Source: Nitrosomonadales bacterium
GTDB taxonomy: Bacteria; Pseudomonadota; Gammaproteobacteria; Burkholderiales; SG8-39
DNA: 64,000 nucleotides
Reading direction: 5' to 3'
Assembly: GCA_036676355.1 (NCBI GenBank)
Contig: JAKFDA010000078.1
Location: forward strand, 199 to 64,198
Part shown: piece after piece, positions 31,638 to 41,282 of the stretch
How positions within the stretch are numbered: the first letter of the stretch is position 1
Layout: each line of letters starts with the position of its first letter
The notes under the pieces: model-generated
What the model saw: only the letters and a program-made list of their open reading frames with translations
Told to the model about the DNA's origin: nothing
The model's database searches: none
Program-made: the position numbers and the translations under genes

Positions 31638-31652
31638 TCAAGAACTGGGCCA
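31638..31652 (-). promoter_or_regulatory. sigma54-like -24/-12 promoter for nirK
   Basis: Minus strand TGGC-CCAGTTC-TTGA: canonical spacing, -12 is GA instead of GC. Confidence 0.6.
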
Positions 31653-31691
31653 GAATAAATCCAGTGAATTTTCATCATCTTGCATTTATTT

Positions 31692-31754
31692 GATGTCGCT
31701 TAAACAACTGCTTTAAGGATGTATTCATGACAACAGAGATGTTTTAGTGACGAC
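31692..31754. promoter_or_regulatory. three tandem NorR boxes (GT-N7-AC)
   Basis: GTcgcttaaAC 31695-31705, GTattcatgAC 31721-31731, GTtttagtgAC 31741-31751; each preceded by GAT and followed by (A/G)AC. Confidence 0.85.
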
Positions 31755-33291
31755 ATCGAACGCCTTCGTCAACCTCGCCGGAGTGGTCGCGGATCTTTCC
31801 AAAGCCATGGCGCGCGAATTGCGCTACACCCGCCTGCTGGATGCGTTCAAGCGCAGCTTTCCCTGCGATGCCATTGCATTACTGGAGCGTGACGGCGAAT
31901 TGCTGGTTCCGCGTGCGGTGGAGGGTTTAAGCCGCGATACGCTCGGGCGCCGTTTCGTGATCCGTGATCACCCACGTCTCGCGCAGATCGTGCATAGCGC
32001 CGAACCGGTGCGCTTTCCGGCCGACTCCGCGCTGCCCGATCCCTACGATGGTCTGGTTGATGAAGCCGACGACCATCATCTCTATGTACATGACTGCATG
32101 GGCGCGTCGCTCTATATCGACGGACAGCCGTGGGGCGTCGTGACGCTCGACGCACTGACTCCGCAAAGTTTCGACGCCATAGACGCCGATATTTTCCGGG
32201 CGTTTGTTGCGGTTGCCGCCGCCACGGTGCGTGCCGCGGACTGGATTCAGCGACTCGAAGCGCAACTGGAACGGCATCACCGCATTCAGCAGTCCAACGT
32301 GCAGGACGGCTCGGGCGACGAACTGATCGGCCACAGCCTGACCATGCTGCAACTGCAACGCGAGACACAGACGGTCGCCTCCTCCGATCTGCCGGTTTTG
32401 ATTCTTGGCGAGACGGGCGTGGGAAAGGAACTGATTGCGCGCATGATTCACCGCCATTCGGCCCGCGCGCAGGAACCGATGGTGTATATCAATTGCGCCG
32501 CGCTGCCGGAGTCGATTGCCGAGAGCGAGCTGTTCGGCCACATGCGCGGCGCGTTTTCGGGCGCGACCGACGATCGCATGGGCAAGTTCGAACTCGCGCA
32601 CGAAGGCACGCTGTTCCTCGACGAAGTGGGCGAACTGCCGCTCACGGTTCAGGCCAAGCTTCTGCGCGCGCTGCAAAACGGCGAGATTCAGCGCGTCGGG
32701 AGCGACCGGCATCATCGCGTAGACGTGAGGGTGATCGCCGCGACCAACCGCGATCTGAAGCAGGAAGTGGCCACCGGTCGCTTCCGCGCCGATCTCTATC
32801 ATCGGCTGAGCGTCTATCCGCTGATCGTGCCGCCTCTGCGCGAACGCGGCGAGGACGTGCTGCTGCTCGCCGGCTATTTCATCGAACGCAACCAACGCCG
32901 GCTCGGCTTGCGCGGCGCGCGACTCAGCCGCGGCGCGCGTCAATGGCTTGCGAGTTATGCGTGGCCCGGCAACGTGCGGGAACTCGAACACACCTTGTCG
33001 AGGGCGATGATCCGCGCCTTGAGCGTAGCGCCGTCGCGTGACCGCATCCTCGAATTGACCACCCAGCATCTGGGCGCCGACGGTCGAACCAAGCCGATCG
33101 AAACCGTACTCGCCGTCGAGAACGTAGACTGCGATGCGCGTCCGCTCACCGAAGTGATGGAGTACGTCAGGCGCGAAGTCATCCAGGCACGCCTGCAACA
33201 GCACGACGGCAACCGCGCCGCGGCCGCCCGCTCACTCGGCCTCGATCGCGGCAACTTTCATCGACTGCTGAAAAAGATAGGGTTGAACTGA
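31747..33291 (+). CDS. norR: NO-sensing sigma54-dependent activator NorR
   Basis: GAF with [20 protein letters not shown] (iron-ligand positions of NorR); AAA+ [32 protein letters not shown]; C-terminal HTH. Confidence 0.93.
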   Translation: MTTSNAFVNLAGVVADLSKAMARELRYTRLLDAFKRSFPCDAIALLERDGELLVPRAVEGLSRDTLGRRFVIRDHPRLAQIVHSAEPVRFPADSALPDPYDGLVDEADDHHLYVHDCMGASLYIDGQPWGVVTLDALTPQSFDAIDADIFRAFVAVAAATVRAADWIQRLEAQLERHHRIQQSNVQDGSGDELIGHSLTMLQLQRETQTVASSDLPVLILGETGVGKELIARMIHRHSARAQEPMVYINCAALPESIAESELFGHMRGAFSGATDDRMGKFELAHEGTLFLDEVGELPLTVQAKLLRALQNGEIQRVGSDRHHRVDVRVIAATNRDLKQEVATGRFRADLYHRLSVYPLIVPPLRERGEDVLLLAGYFIERNQRRLGLRGARLSRGARQWLASYAWPGNVRELEHTLSRAMIRALSVAPSRDRILELTTQHLGADGRTKPIETVLAVENVDCDARPLTEVMEYVRREVIQARLQQHDGNRAAAARSLGLDRGNFHRLLKKIGLN

Positions 33292-33322
33292 CAGCTCCAG
33301 CGGGCCCCGACGTTTCGCTTAG

Positions 33323-33360
33323 GCAAGCTTTGATTAAGATTGTTCTTAAGCGGACATTCC
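33323..33360. repeat. 38-bp minimal (TIR-only) derivative of the MITE family
   Basis: TTAG|GCAAGCTTTGATTAA-gattgttc-TTAAGCGGACATTCC|TTAA. Confidence 0.65.
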
Positions 33361-33645
33361 TTAATCGAAATCGAAAATGTCGCCGAGGAAACCGCGCTTT
33401 TTCTTTTTGTAACGGCGCTCGCGGTCGTCATAAGGTTCGTAGCCGCGCGGCTGCTGTCTGGACTGCTCTGCGTAAGACGGTGTAACCGGAGCCTGTTGTA
33501 CGGTATCCGGCGCCGCACGGTCGATGATCTTGTCGAGTTCGCCGCGATCCAGCCAGACGCCGCGGCACTGCGGACAGTAATCGATTTCGATTCCCTGACG
33601 TTCGGACATCACCAGGTTCACGCTCTTGCACACGGGACAATCCAT
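33361..33645 (-). CDS. zf-TFIIB-like zinc-ribbon protein
   Basis: CPVC...IEIDYCPQCRGVWLDRGELDKII; KKKKRGFLGDIFD tail; GAGG RBS. Confidence 0.9.
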   Translation of the reverse strand: MDCPVCKSVNLVMSERQGIEIDYCPQCRGVWLDRGELDKIIDRAAPDTVQQAPVTPSYAEQSRQQPRGYEPYDDRERRYKKKKRGFLGDIFDFD

Positions 33646-33734
33646 CGGCTTCCTCATATTTTGGTTGCACATGCCGCACCGCTCGCGGCGTCCGGCATTC
33701 GACCGCCATCGCGCCGATGTGTTCCCCGCTTGCT

Positions 33735-34901
33735 TCAAGCCGCCCTCAAAGCATCGACGATGCGCAAACGCGCCGCGCGCGTGGCCGGCAGGACGCCGCC
33801 GGCAAAGCCCATGACCAGAGCGAAGATGAGCGTTTTTGCAACGATGCCGGGCGTCAGCGCAAAGGAAAAAGCGAGTTCCGAAAACGACTGCCAGTTCATG
33901 GTCGAGATATGCACCAGTTGCATGAACGAGGCGAGCACGACGCCGATCACCCAGCCGACCAGGCCGAGCGCCAGCGATTCGAGCAGGAAGGCGCCGAGTA
34001 TGCCGCGTCGTCGGAATCCGAGCGCACGCAAGGTGCCGATTTCGGCGGTCCGATTCGCCACTGCCGCGTACATCGTAATCATTGCGCCGATCATCGCGCC
34101 GATGGAAAAGATGACCGACAGCGTGACACCGAGATAACTGATGAACGTGGACATCGTTTTGGACTGGTCTTCGTAGAACGTGCGCTCGCGCTTCACCTCC
34201 ACCGGCAGGCGCGGGTCTTTTTCAAGCTCCGTTTTCAAGCGCTCGTAGGCGCCCGCGTCGGCGAGTCGCGCCACAACGGTCGAATAGGACTGACGCCGGA
34301 ACGTCTGCATCAGTTGTTCGGTATCGCCCCATACCTCCGAGTCGAAAGCGGCCCCGCCGGCATCGAACACGCCGACCACGATCCACTCGCGCCCGCCGAA
34401 GCGCAGGCGCTGCCCCAGACCTGCGCCTTCGAATCGTTCCGCCACGCTGCGTCCCACGACGATTTCCGCCGTGCCGAAGCGCAACATGCGACCGTTGACA
34501 ATGCGAACTTGCGGGCGCAACGCAAATCCCGCTTCATCGATGCCGCGCGTGGTGATGTTGGTCAGCACACCCGTACCGCGCTTGGGCAGGGTGATGAGCA
34601 CGACCGTTTCCTTCGACACCAGCGGGCGGCCATCCGGGCCGAGCGCAACGTTGGCGTTGCTTTCGATAATCAAAGCCTGATTACGCTCGATCGAGCTTTG
34701 CACTTCGGTGCCCGCCGAGCGGCGCGTCACGATGACGTTGTCCGGCTGACCGGTCGCCACCAGCGCCGCGCGCAACCCGGCGTCGAGCATGAGCACCGCG
34801 GCGAAGACGAAGACCACCAGCGCCATGCCGCCTGCGGTCAGCGCGGTGGTCAGCTTGCGCGCCCAGAGATTGCGCAGCGAGTAGGAAACCGGAATCGGCA
34901 T
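33735..34901 (-). CDS. MacB/FtsX-family ABC transporter permease (second permease of the operon at 43285-46427)
   Basis: YSLRNLWARKLTTALT, RTAEIGTLRALGF, four TM segments. Confidence 0.9.
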   Translation of the reverse strand: MPIPVSYSLRNLWARKLTTALTAGGMALVVFVFAAVLMLDAGLRAALVATGQPDNVIVTRRSAGTEVQSSIERNQALIIESNANVALGPDGRPLVSKETVVLITLPKRGTGVLTNITTRGIDEAGFALRPQVRIVNGRMLRFGTAEIVVGRSVAERFEGAGLGQRLRFGGREWIVVGVFDAGGAAFDSEVWGDTEQLMQTFRRQSYSTVVARLADAGAYERLKTELEKDPRLPVEVKRERTFYEDQSKTMSTFISYLGVTLSVIFSIGAMIGAMITMYAAVANRTAEIGTLRALGFRRRGILGAFLLESLALGLVGWVIGVVLASFMQLVHISTMNWQSFSELAFSFALTPGIVAKTLIFALVMGFAGGVLPATRAARLRIVDALRAA

Positions 34902-35084
34902 TCGCGTTATCGGATTTTGATTTCGACAAGCATGCCCGAGCACGTGGCAAGCGTCGATGAGTGATTGTTATCGTCACAGCTATCCGCCCGCCTCGCTGTC
35001 TCCGACACACGACACCTTTGGTCTTTACAACGACATGCCACGCTATATAGTTGGCCCACAAGACGCAATGAGAACGGGGAACGA

Positions 35085-35456
35085 GTGCAGCAAACAAAGG
35101 CGTCCAAAATACTGGTGGTCGACGATTGTCATGATTCGGCCGATGGCATGCGCTGGATCCTCAGCACTTATGGTTACGAAGTGGATGTGGCCTACGATGG
35201 CAACGCGGCCCTTGTCAAAGCCCGGGCGCGCATACCCGATATTGTTCTGCTCGACCTTGCCCTACCGGAAATGGACGGCTATCAGGTCGCCGACGCAATG
35301 AGAAGCGAAGCTGGACTCCGCGTGCCGATTTTCGTGGCGGTTACCGGCTACGGGCGCGAGCACGACAAGCGACAAAGCGCCGCAGCGGGCTTCAAACACC
35401 ACCTCACCAAACCGATCGATCCGCTCGCGCTGCTGGAAACGCTCGCCAACGTTTAA
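35085..35456 (+). CDS. single-domain response regulator (receiver only)
   Basis: ILVVDD, LLDLALP, AVTGYG, HLTKP; start uncertain (GTG 35085). Confidence 0.85.
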   Translation: MQQTKASKILVVDDCHDSADGMRWILSTYGYEVDVAYDGNAALVKARARIPDIVLLDLALPEMDGYQVADAMRSEAGLRVPIFVAVTGYGREHDKRQSAAAGFKHHLTKPIDPLALLETLANV

Positions 35457-35498
35457 TCAAGAAAGCGCCTGGCGAGGCGCCCCCGGCGCGCGCGCGGC

Positions 35499-37427
35499 TC
35501 ACAGCAAAGGCACGCCCGCAACCTTTTCATCGCGCTGCTTCGCGCGGCTGAAGCGCACGCTGTTGCGCATCATGTCGGCCATCTCAACCCGACGGTTCGT
35601 ATAGAACTCGTCCGCATCGTCCACCGGCGCATCCGTGCCCGTGTGAATGGAAACATCGAACACGTTGCCGCTTACTCGCGGGAACTTGGCCTTGTACGCG
35701 TCGTCGCGGTATCCCAGATCGGTCCACGAGGCGAATACGGTGTACTTGCGCACCTGCTCCGCATCGAGCAGATCGTAGCCGAGCGAATAGTCGCCCGCCG
35801 GATTGCGCACGCCGAGCAGCGGCATGAGCGTCGCCGGAATATCGAGATGGCTGGTCATGCGGTCGATTTGCGCCGGTGCAACGCCCGGCACATGCAGCAC
35901 CAGCGGGACGCGCACCTGCTCCTCGGTGAAATCCGAGTTATGGCCCCAACGCCCTTTTTCCATGAACTCTTCGCCGTGGTCGCCGGTGATGATCACGATG
36001 GTGTTGTCGAGCAGTTTCTCGCGCTTGAGGTAGTCGAAGACGCGCGCGAACTGGCTGTCGAGATGATTGCAGGCATTGATGTAACGATTCCTGATCAGAT
36101 CGATGTCGCGCTCGAGATTCATGGTGGCGTAGTTCAGATCATCGAGGTATGGCTTTCGGATCGCCGACTCCGGCGGGAACTCGTAACGCGCATGCGGCGA
36201 TTCGAAGAACATGAAGCGCATGAACGGCTTGTTCGGATCGCGCCGATCGAGCGACGCCAGCAACTTAGCCACGTTGCGCTCGTCGCGCCGCCAGGCCGGG
36301 CCGTTCGGATCCTCGTGCAACGCATCGGTTGATATTTGCGAAAAGATCGTCCGGTCGAATTCCGGATAGGTGAACTTCGCGCTGGTATACGCCTCGATCT
36401 GATAGCCCTGCTGCTGCAGCACGTCGATCAGCGCGGGGCCGCGTCGCTGCGCCAGCATCGGGAACCAGTAATTGCCGTACAGCCCGAAGAACATGCTGAA
36501 GAGGCCCATGCGCGTACCGTTGCCGCCGCTGTAGTGACGTTGGTAATGCACGTTTTTCGCGGCAAAGGCGGCGGTGTGCGGCATGATCTGCGGGTCGAGC
36601 ATGTCCCAGCGCCACGACTCGGCCACGAGCCAGACGACGTTGAGCGGTTTAGCCGGCGCCTCGACACGCAGCGGCACGGCCGGATAATTCAATTGCATCG
36701 TCTCGCCGGATGCCACACGCACTGCCTGCCGCTGCGGCGCTTCATAGCCGAGCTTCTTCGCCAGCTTGCGGAATGTGGTCGGCTGATAAAGCGGAAACGC
36801 TTTCGACGCGAGCACGATCGGCGCGTCATGCTTCATGAACGCCACGCCGAATGCGCCGTGTTGCACCAGCGCGACGATGAGGAGCGACGCGAGCGCCGTC
36901 CGCGCAAACGCCCGGCGTCCGCCGAAGCGCTCCCAACGCGGCTGCACCAGGCGTCGCGCGCCGGCAGCCAGTCCGGCCTGCAGCAGGACGATGGCGACTG
37001 CCAACGCAATGGCCATATAAAGCGCCGACCCGCTGCTGCCCATCGATTCCAGTCCGCCCGGCGTGGTCAACAGATTCCAGACGAAGCCATTAAGGTGGAA
37101 GCCGTACATCCGATAGATCTGGCCGTCCACAAACAACGCCATGCACAACAGACTGAACAGCGCCACTGCGACAGCGAGGCTGGTCACGACGGCGCGTGCC
37201 GGCGTCATAACGCGTTTGAGGATTGTCGCGGCGATTCGCGCCACTGCCCAAACCACCAACGTGTAGAACGCACCATAGACAACGAAGGCGGCGTGGCTGA
37301 AAAGCGCCGCCTGGGGCGTGCTCTGCGGCACCGCGCCGAGGTGAACCGACAGCGCGAGCAGCACGAGCGGGTAGTTAAGTGCGGCGTAAAGGCCCAGCGT
37401 CGCGCGCAGACCGGTGTCGTGTTTCAT
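35499..37427 (-). CDS. membrane-anchored sulfatase-fold protein, DUF3413/YejM(PbgA)-like
   Basis: About five N-terminal TM helices; AESWRWD, HYSGGNGTRMGLFSMFFGL, ESPH, ITGDHGEEF, GHNS, SHLDIPAT. Confidence 0.85.
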   Translation of the reverse strand: MKHDTGLRATLGLYAALNYPLVLLALSVHLGAVPQSTPQAALFSHAAFVVYGAFYTLVVWAVARIAATILKRVMTPARAVVTSLAVAVALFSLLCMALFVDGQIYRMYGFHLNGFVWNLLTTPGGLESMGSSGSALYMAIALAVAIVLLQAGLAAGARRLVQPRWERFGGRRAFARTALASLLIVALVQHGAFGVAFMKHDAPIVLASKAFPLYQPTTFRKLAKKLGYEAPQRQAVRVASGETMQLNYPAVPLRVEAPAKPLNVVWLVAESWRWDMLDPQIMPHTAAFAAKNVHYQRHYSGGNGTRMGLFSMFFGLYGNYWFPMLAQRRGPALIDVLQQQGYQIEAYTSAKFTYPEFDRTIFSQISTDALHEDPNGPAWRRDERNVAKLLASLDRRDPNKPFMRFMFFESPHARYEFPPESAIRKPYLDDLNYATMNLERDIDLIRNRYINACNHLDSQFARVFDYLKREKLLDNTIVIITGDHGEEFMEKGRWGHNSDFTEEQVRVPLVLHVPGVAPAQIDRMTSHLDIPATLMPLLGVRNPAGDYSLGYDLLDAEQVRKYTVFASWTDLGYRDDAYKAKFPRVSGNVFDVSIHTGTDAPVDDADEFYTNRRVEMADMMRNSVRFSRAKQRDEKVAGVPLL

Positions 37428-37503
37428 GTATTTCCCGAGGAGATTGGGTCGCGTGCATGCGGTTATCGTGCCTACGATCGCACTGGGCGCCGTACCGGCC
37501 CGA

Positions 37504-37535
37504 CGCCGGTCGCCGGTCGCCGGTCGCCGGTCGCC
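37504..37535. repeat. tandem heptamer (CGCCGGT)x4
   Basis: cgccggt repeated four times plus cgcc, in the SDR-sulfatase spacer. Confidence 0.85.
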
Positions 37536-37597
37536 ATTTAGATGACTTTTCCCTGATGAGCTGCTTAAGGACTGAGACGACGCGCGCGATTGCGGAA

Positions 37598-38428
37598 TCA
37601 CGCCAGATCCTGCGGCGCCGGATGCACCGCCGCAGTTCGCTCGACATTACCCTTGCTCTCCAGCGCGGCGCGCGCCGCACGCGCCTGAGAGCGCAACAGG
37701 CGGTCGAACAGGCGCGGCAACATGCCGTTGAGACGGGCGAACGACGACTCGACGAAGCCGAACGTCCGCTCGGACGCGTCTTCTTCGATCGCCCGCACGA
37801 TATGCATCGCGACGACTGCCGGATCGTCGAACACCATTCCCGTTCGTTCGGCATAGCGATGCACCGCGACGCCGTTCATCGGCGTACGCGTGGCGCGCGG
37901 CGCGACATACGTCACGCCGACACCGCGGTCGGCAAGCTCGCGCCGCAAGGCTTCCGAAAATCCGCGCAGGCCGAACTTGCTCGCCGCGTACGTCGTGAAA
38001 TAGGGAAAGCCCATCGCACCGAATACCGAGCCGACGTTGACGATACGGGCGCCCGCAGTCAGATGCGGCAGGACGGCGGCGATCAACGCCATCGGCGCAA
38101 TGAGATTCACCGTGATCAACCGGTGTATCGACGACGCTGTCTCGTTCTCGAAGCAGCCGAATTCCGATACACCGGCGGCATTGACCAGCAGATCCAGACC
38201 GCCAAGCCGTTGCAACGCGTTCGCCACGAGCTCGGCGTGGCCGCCGTTCGACGCGAGATCGAACACCATCGCATCGCCATGCACGCGCGCGGCAAGCCAT
38301 GCCAGGCGCTCGCGATCGCGGCCGACGAGCACCAATCGCGCGCCTTTGGCCGCCAGTTGTTCGGCGAGCGCACGACCGATGCCACCGGTTGCGCCGCTAA
38401 GCAGCACTCTCGCACCGTGAATCTTCAT
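37598..38428 (-). CDS. short-chain dehydrogenase/reductase
   Basis: SGATGGIG, NAAG, NVGS, YAASK; ATGA overlap with the upstream gene. Confidence 0.93.
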   Translation of the reverse strand: MKIHGARVLLSGATGGIGRALAEQLAAKGARLVLVGRDRERLAWLAARVHGDAMVFDLASNGGHAELVANALQRLGGLDLLVNAAGVSEFGCFENETASSIHRLITVNLIAPMALIAAVLPHLTAGARIVNVGSVFGAMGFPYFTTYAASKFGLRGFSEALRRELADRGVGVTYVAPRATRTPMNGVAVHRYAERTGMVFDDPAVVAMHIVRAIEEDASERTFGFVESSFARLNGMLPRLFDRLLRSQARAARAALESKGNVERTAAVHPAPQDLA

Positions 38429-39102
38429 GCCGCCTCCCTCGCGCACGGCACGCGCTTCGCATCGAGCCCGCGAAAGATGTCGCCGTAGAGCTTGTAGAAC
38501 ATACGTGCGCCATGGGCGATGGCCCGGCGGTCACCCGGTTCGTCGAGCTTATTCACCAGGCCGGCGAAATACTTGATGTGGGCCTGATCGAGGCTTCCGT
38601 GCGAACTGAGATAACTGAATGCGTTTGCGGGCAGGTCAAGCGCCGCGCGCAAAGCTTCGGCGGCCCTGCTCGCCACATTGACGCTCGTCCCCTCGAGCAC
38701 CAACACCATGCCGAGAAACGCCACCGGGTTGCCGCGCGCGATCGTGTCATATGCGTAAGCCACCATGAGTTCGACCGGTGCGGACGGCGTGCCTCGTCGC
38801 ACTTGCTCGGCATCGACGCCGCATGTGCGCAGATCGTTGAGTATCCATTCCTGGTGTCCGCGTTCCTCGTCGATATATTCGGACATCGCCTGTCGCAGCC
38901 ATTCCAGTCGCTCGGGCAGGCGTGCGCCGCATGCCATCAACAACGGCAGCGTGTGTTTGACATGGTGGTAGGCCTCGGTCAGAAACGCGGTGTATTCGAC
39001 CAGCCCGAGACGACCGGCCGCGCCGTCGCGCAGAAATGGGATAGCGAGCAACGCGTCGCGCTCGCGTTGCGTCGCCGCGAGCAGTTCGTCGTGATAAGTC
39101 AT
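38425..39102 (-). CDS. heme-oxygenase-like (TenA/PqqC-like) iron-containing redox enzyme
   Basis: EAYHHVKHT, EERGHQEWILND, VLEGTS, SHGSLDQAH: His/Glu pattern of HO-like diiron proteins. Confidence 0.85.
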   Translation of the reverse strand: MTYHDELLAATQRERDALLAIPFLRDGAAGRLGLVEYTAFLTEAYHHVKHTLPLLMACGARLPERLEWLRQAMSEYIDEERGHQEWILNDLRTCGVDAEQVRRGTPSAPVELMVAYAYDTIARGNPVAFLGMVLVLEGTSVNVASRAAEALRAALDLPANAFSYLSSHGSLDQAHIKYFAGLVNKLDEPGDRRAIAHGARMFYKLYGDIFRGLDAKRVPCAREAA

Positions 39103-40532
39103 GCGTTCTCCGTTTTGTAGAGTTGGTCGATGCGGTCGCCGTAGCGCGTAAGCAGCGCCTCGCGCCGCAATCTGCCATTCGAAGTCGCCTCTCCATTGCC
39201 AAGCGAGAAGGCGGCATCGGCTGCAATCCAGTGGCGCACTTGCGCGTAATCCGGCAGCGCGCGGTTCGCCGCTGCGATCGCGACGGCGAGGTGCCGCGAA
39301 TCACGCGGGACGATCACGGCCGATAGCCACGGTTTGCCCTCGCCGAAGACGGCGGCCTGCGCAATGGCGCGTTGCGCGGTCAATTCGCGCTCGACCCACT
39401 CCGGCGCGACATTGCGGCCGAAGGCAGTCACCAGCATGTTGCGGCGCCGCCCCGTGAGGTGCAGGAAACCGGCCTCGTCGATATAACCGAGGTCGCCGGT
39501 CGGCCACACTTCGCCCGCCGCTTCTCGATCGCCTACATAACCGAGCGTCGTGGCGCCCGCGACACACAGTTCGCCATCGCGCGCGATTTCGAGCGCGGCA
39601 TGCGGCAGCACACGACCGACGCTACCGTCGCGACAGGCCCGCGGCGTGTTGAGCGCCACCACTGAAGCGCACTCGGTCAAGCCATAGCCTTCGTAGACAG
39701 GTAGACCGCAAGCGCGCGCGCGCCGCAATAGCGCTACCGACAACGGCGCGCCGCCCACCGCGATGAAGCGCAAGTCGGCAACAGATTCGTGGCCGTCTTC
39801 CAGCGCCTCGACCAGACCGACGAGCATTTGCGGCACGAGAATGGCGGTCGTGGCTCGATAACGACGCAGCGCTTCGAGCAGCACCACGCCGTCGAAGCCG
39901 CCCATGCCGCGCAATCCAATTCGTTCGGAGGGCAGGACGACAGTGCGTGCGCCGGCAATGCGTTGCGCATACAGGCCGCCGATGTTTTCCAGCAACGTTG
40001 CGAGCGGCAACGCGCACAGATGCACATCGTCGCGTTGAAGTTCGCAGGCTGCAGCCAGCGACGCCGCCACCATTTCCATCGCGCGCGCGCTGAGACAAAC
40101 GCCCTTCGGCTCGCCGGTGGTGCCGGATGTATAAGTAATTTTCGCCGTACCGGGCGGCAGCGCACGCGGCGTCGACACGATGCGCGTTGCACACAATGTG
40201 TGACCGGCGATTTCAATGGATTCGTGGTGAATCCTGTGCAACGGCGGATGCTCGACGGCATCGCGTCGATCGCTTAAAACCCAATCCGCGCCGCTGTCGT
40301 GCAATGCATGCCGACGTTGCGCGGGGGTGAAGAAACGCGGCAGGGGCACGATCGGTATTGCGCTCTCCAGCGCGGCGAAATCGGCGATCGCCCAGGCCGG
40401 GCTGTTATCCATATCGAGCGCGAGCACGCGCGGCCGCATGCGCTCGTACGCCCGGTGCATTCGCTCGATCTCGCCTGCTGCTTGCTCCGCTGTAAGCGCA
40501 TCATGCGGCCCGATCAGCGCGAGACCCTTCAT
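39099..40532 (-). CDS. AMP-binding (adenylate-forming) enzyme
   Basis: YTSGTTGEPKG, YEGYGLTE, TGDLG, GRRRN; ATGA overlaps on both sides. Confidence 0.92.
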   Translation of the reverse strand: MKGLALIGPHDALTAEQAAGEIERMHRAYERMRPRVLALDMDNSPAWAIADFAALESAIPIVPLPRFFTPAQRRHALHDSGADWVLSDRRDAVEHPPLHRIHHESIEIAGHTLCATRIVSTPRALPPGTAKITYTSGTTGEPKGVCLSARAMEMVAASLAAACELQRDDVHLCALPLATLLENIGGLYAQRIAGARTVVLPSERIGLRGMGGFDGVVLLEALRRYRATTAILVPQMLVGLVEALEDGHESVADLRFIAVGGAPLSVALLRRARACGLPVYEGYGLTECASVVALNTPRACRDGSVGRVLPHAALEIARDGELCVAGATTLGYVGDREAAGEVWPTGDLGYIDEAGFLHLTGRRRNMLVTAFGRNVAPEWVERELTAQRAIAQAAVFGEGKPWLSAVIVPRDSRHLAVAIAAANRALPDYAQVRHWIAADAAFSLGNGEATSNGRLRREALLTRYGDRIDQLYKTENA

Positions 40533-41146
40533 GCCGCCTTCTCGCAGCACCTGTTCAAGGCAATCCGTGATTCACGTATCGATACGGCACACACGCGCGG
40601 ACCGCTGCGGTAGTAGTCACCCCAATCGTGGCGCGCCTCTTCAGGCAGGGCTTCGAGTGATGCCGGGCCGAGATCGACCAGCGGAATACCGAGCCGACGG
40701 AACGAATTGCGTAACGCCGCCACCCCGGTGAATACCACCCACTCGAACGGCGCGGACGACAGGTAGTGCGTCAGGGCGGCGATCAACTCTCGCGCAGTGG
40801 CGGGAGATGCCGCCGCGAGATTACCGACTTCGACAACGCACGCACGGCTAACCCTGCCGCCCATCGCGCTCGACAGTGCCGCTTCGACAGGCTGCTCGAG
40901 ATAGGACTCGAGGAACAACCGTCGCTCCTGCTCGGCGCCACGCAAACCGCAAGCGATGATCAGCCGACCGTGGCCATCGCGCGCCCCCAGCAGCGTGGGC
41001 ATGAACTGCCGAATGCGCGCTTGATGTGCGGCGCGAAAATGTGCCGCGATAAACGCTTCGGCCTCTTTACGACTCGTACCGATTTGCGCAACGAGACAAC
41101 GTCTCGGCACCGCTTCGCGCTCGGCGCGCGCCTTCCCGTATTCCAT
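40529..41146 (-). CDS. 'thermostable hemolysin' (delta-VPH-like) family protein
   Basis: FMPTLL, LFLESYLEQPVE, VVEVGNLAA, WVVFT, LRNSFRRLG, WGDYY motifs. Confidence 0.85.
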   Translation of the reverse strand: MEYGKARAEREAVPRRCLVAQIGTSRKEAEAFIAAHFRAAHQARIRQFMPTLLGARDGHGRLIIACGLRGAEQERRLFLESYLEQPVEAALSSAMGGRVSRACVVEVGNLAAASPATARELIAALTHYLSSAPFEWVVFTGVAALRNSFRRLGIPLVDLGPASLEALPEEARHDWGDYYRSGPRVCAVSIRESRIALNRCCEKAA

Positions 41147-41214
41147 GCAGCCTCCTGCTATCCCGTGGCAGAGGCATGTTAAGAATCAGGAGCGCGAAGA
41201 AATGTCGTCGAAGT

Positions 41215-41230
41215 GTGAAGTTTCCGTGAA
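41215..41230 (-). promoter_or_regulatory. candidate OmpR/ColR-type direct repeat upstream of the hemolysin-like gene
   Basis: Minus strand TTCAC-ggaaac-TTCAC (11-bp period) in an AT-richer spacer. Confidence 0.5.
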
Positions 41231-41282
41231 TATGAAAAACGTACGGGACTACAGCATCGGGATCCCGGGCGAGGCGCGCCGC

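Noticed and set aside
40529-41146. Literal reading as a secreted hemolysin toxin
   Set aside because: No signal peptide or secretion genes; translationally coupled to metabolic enzymes
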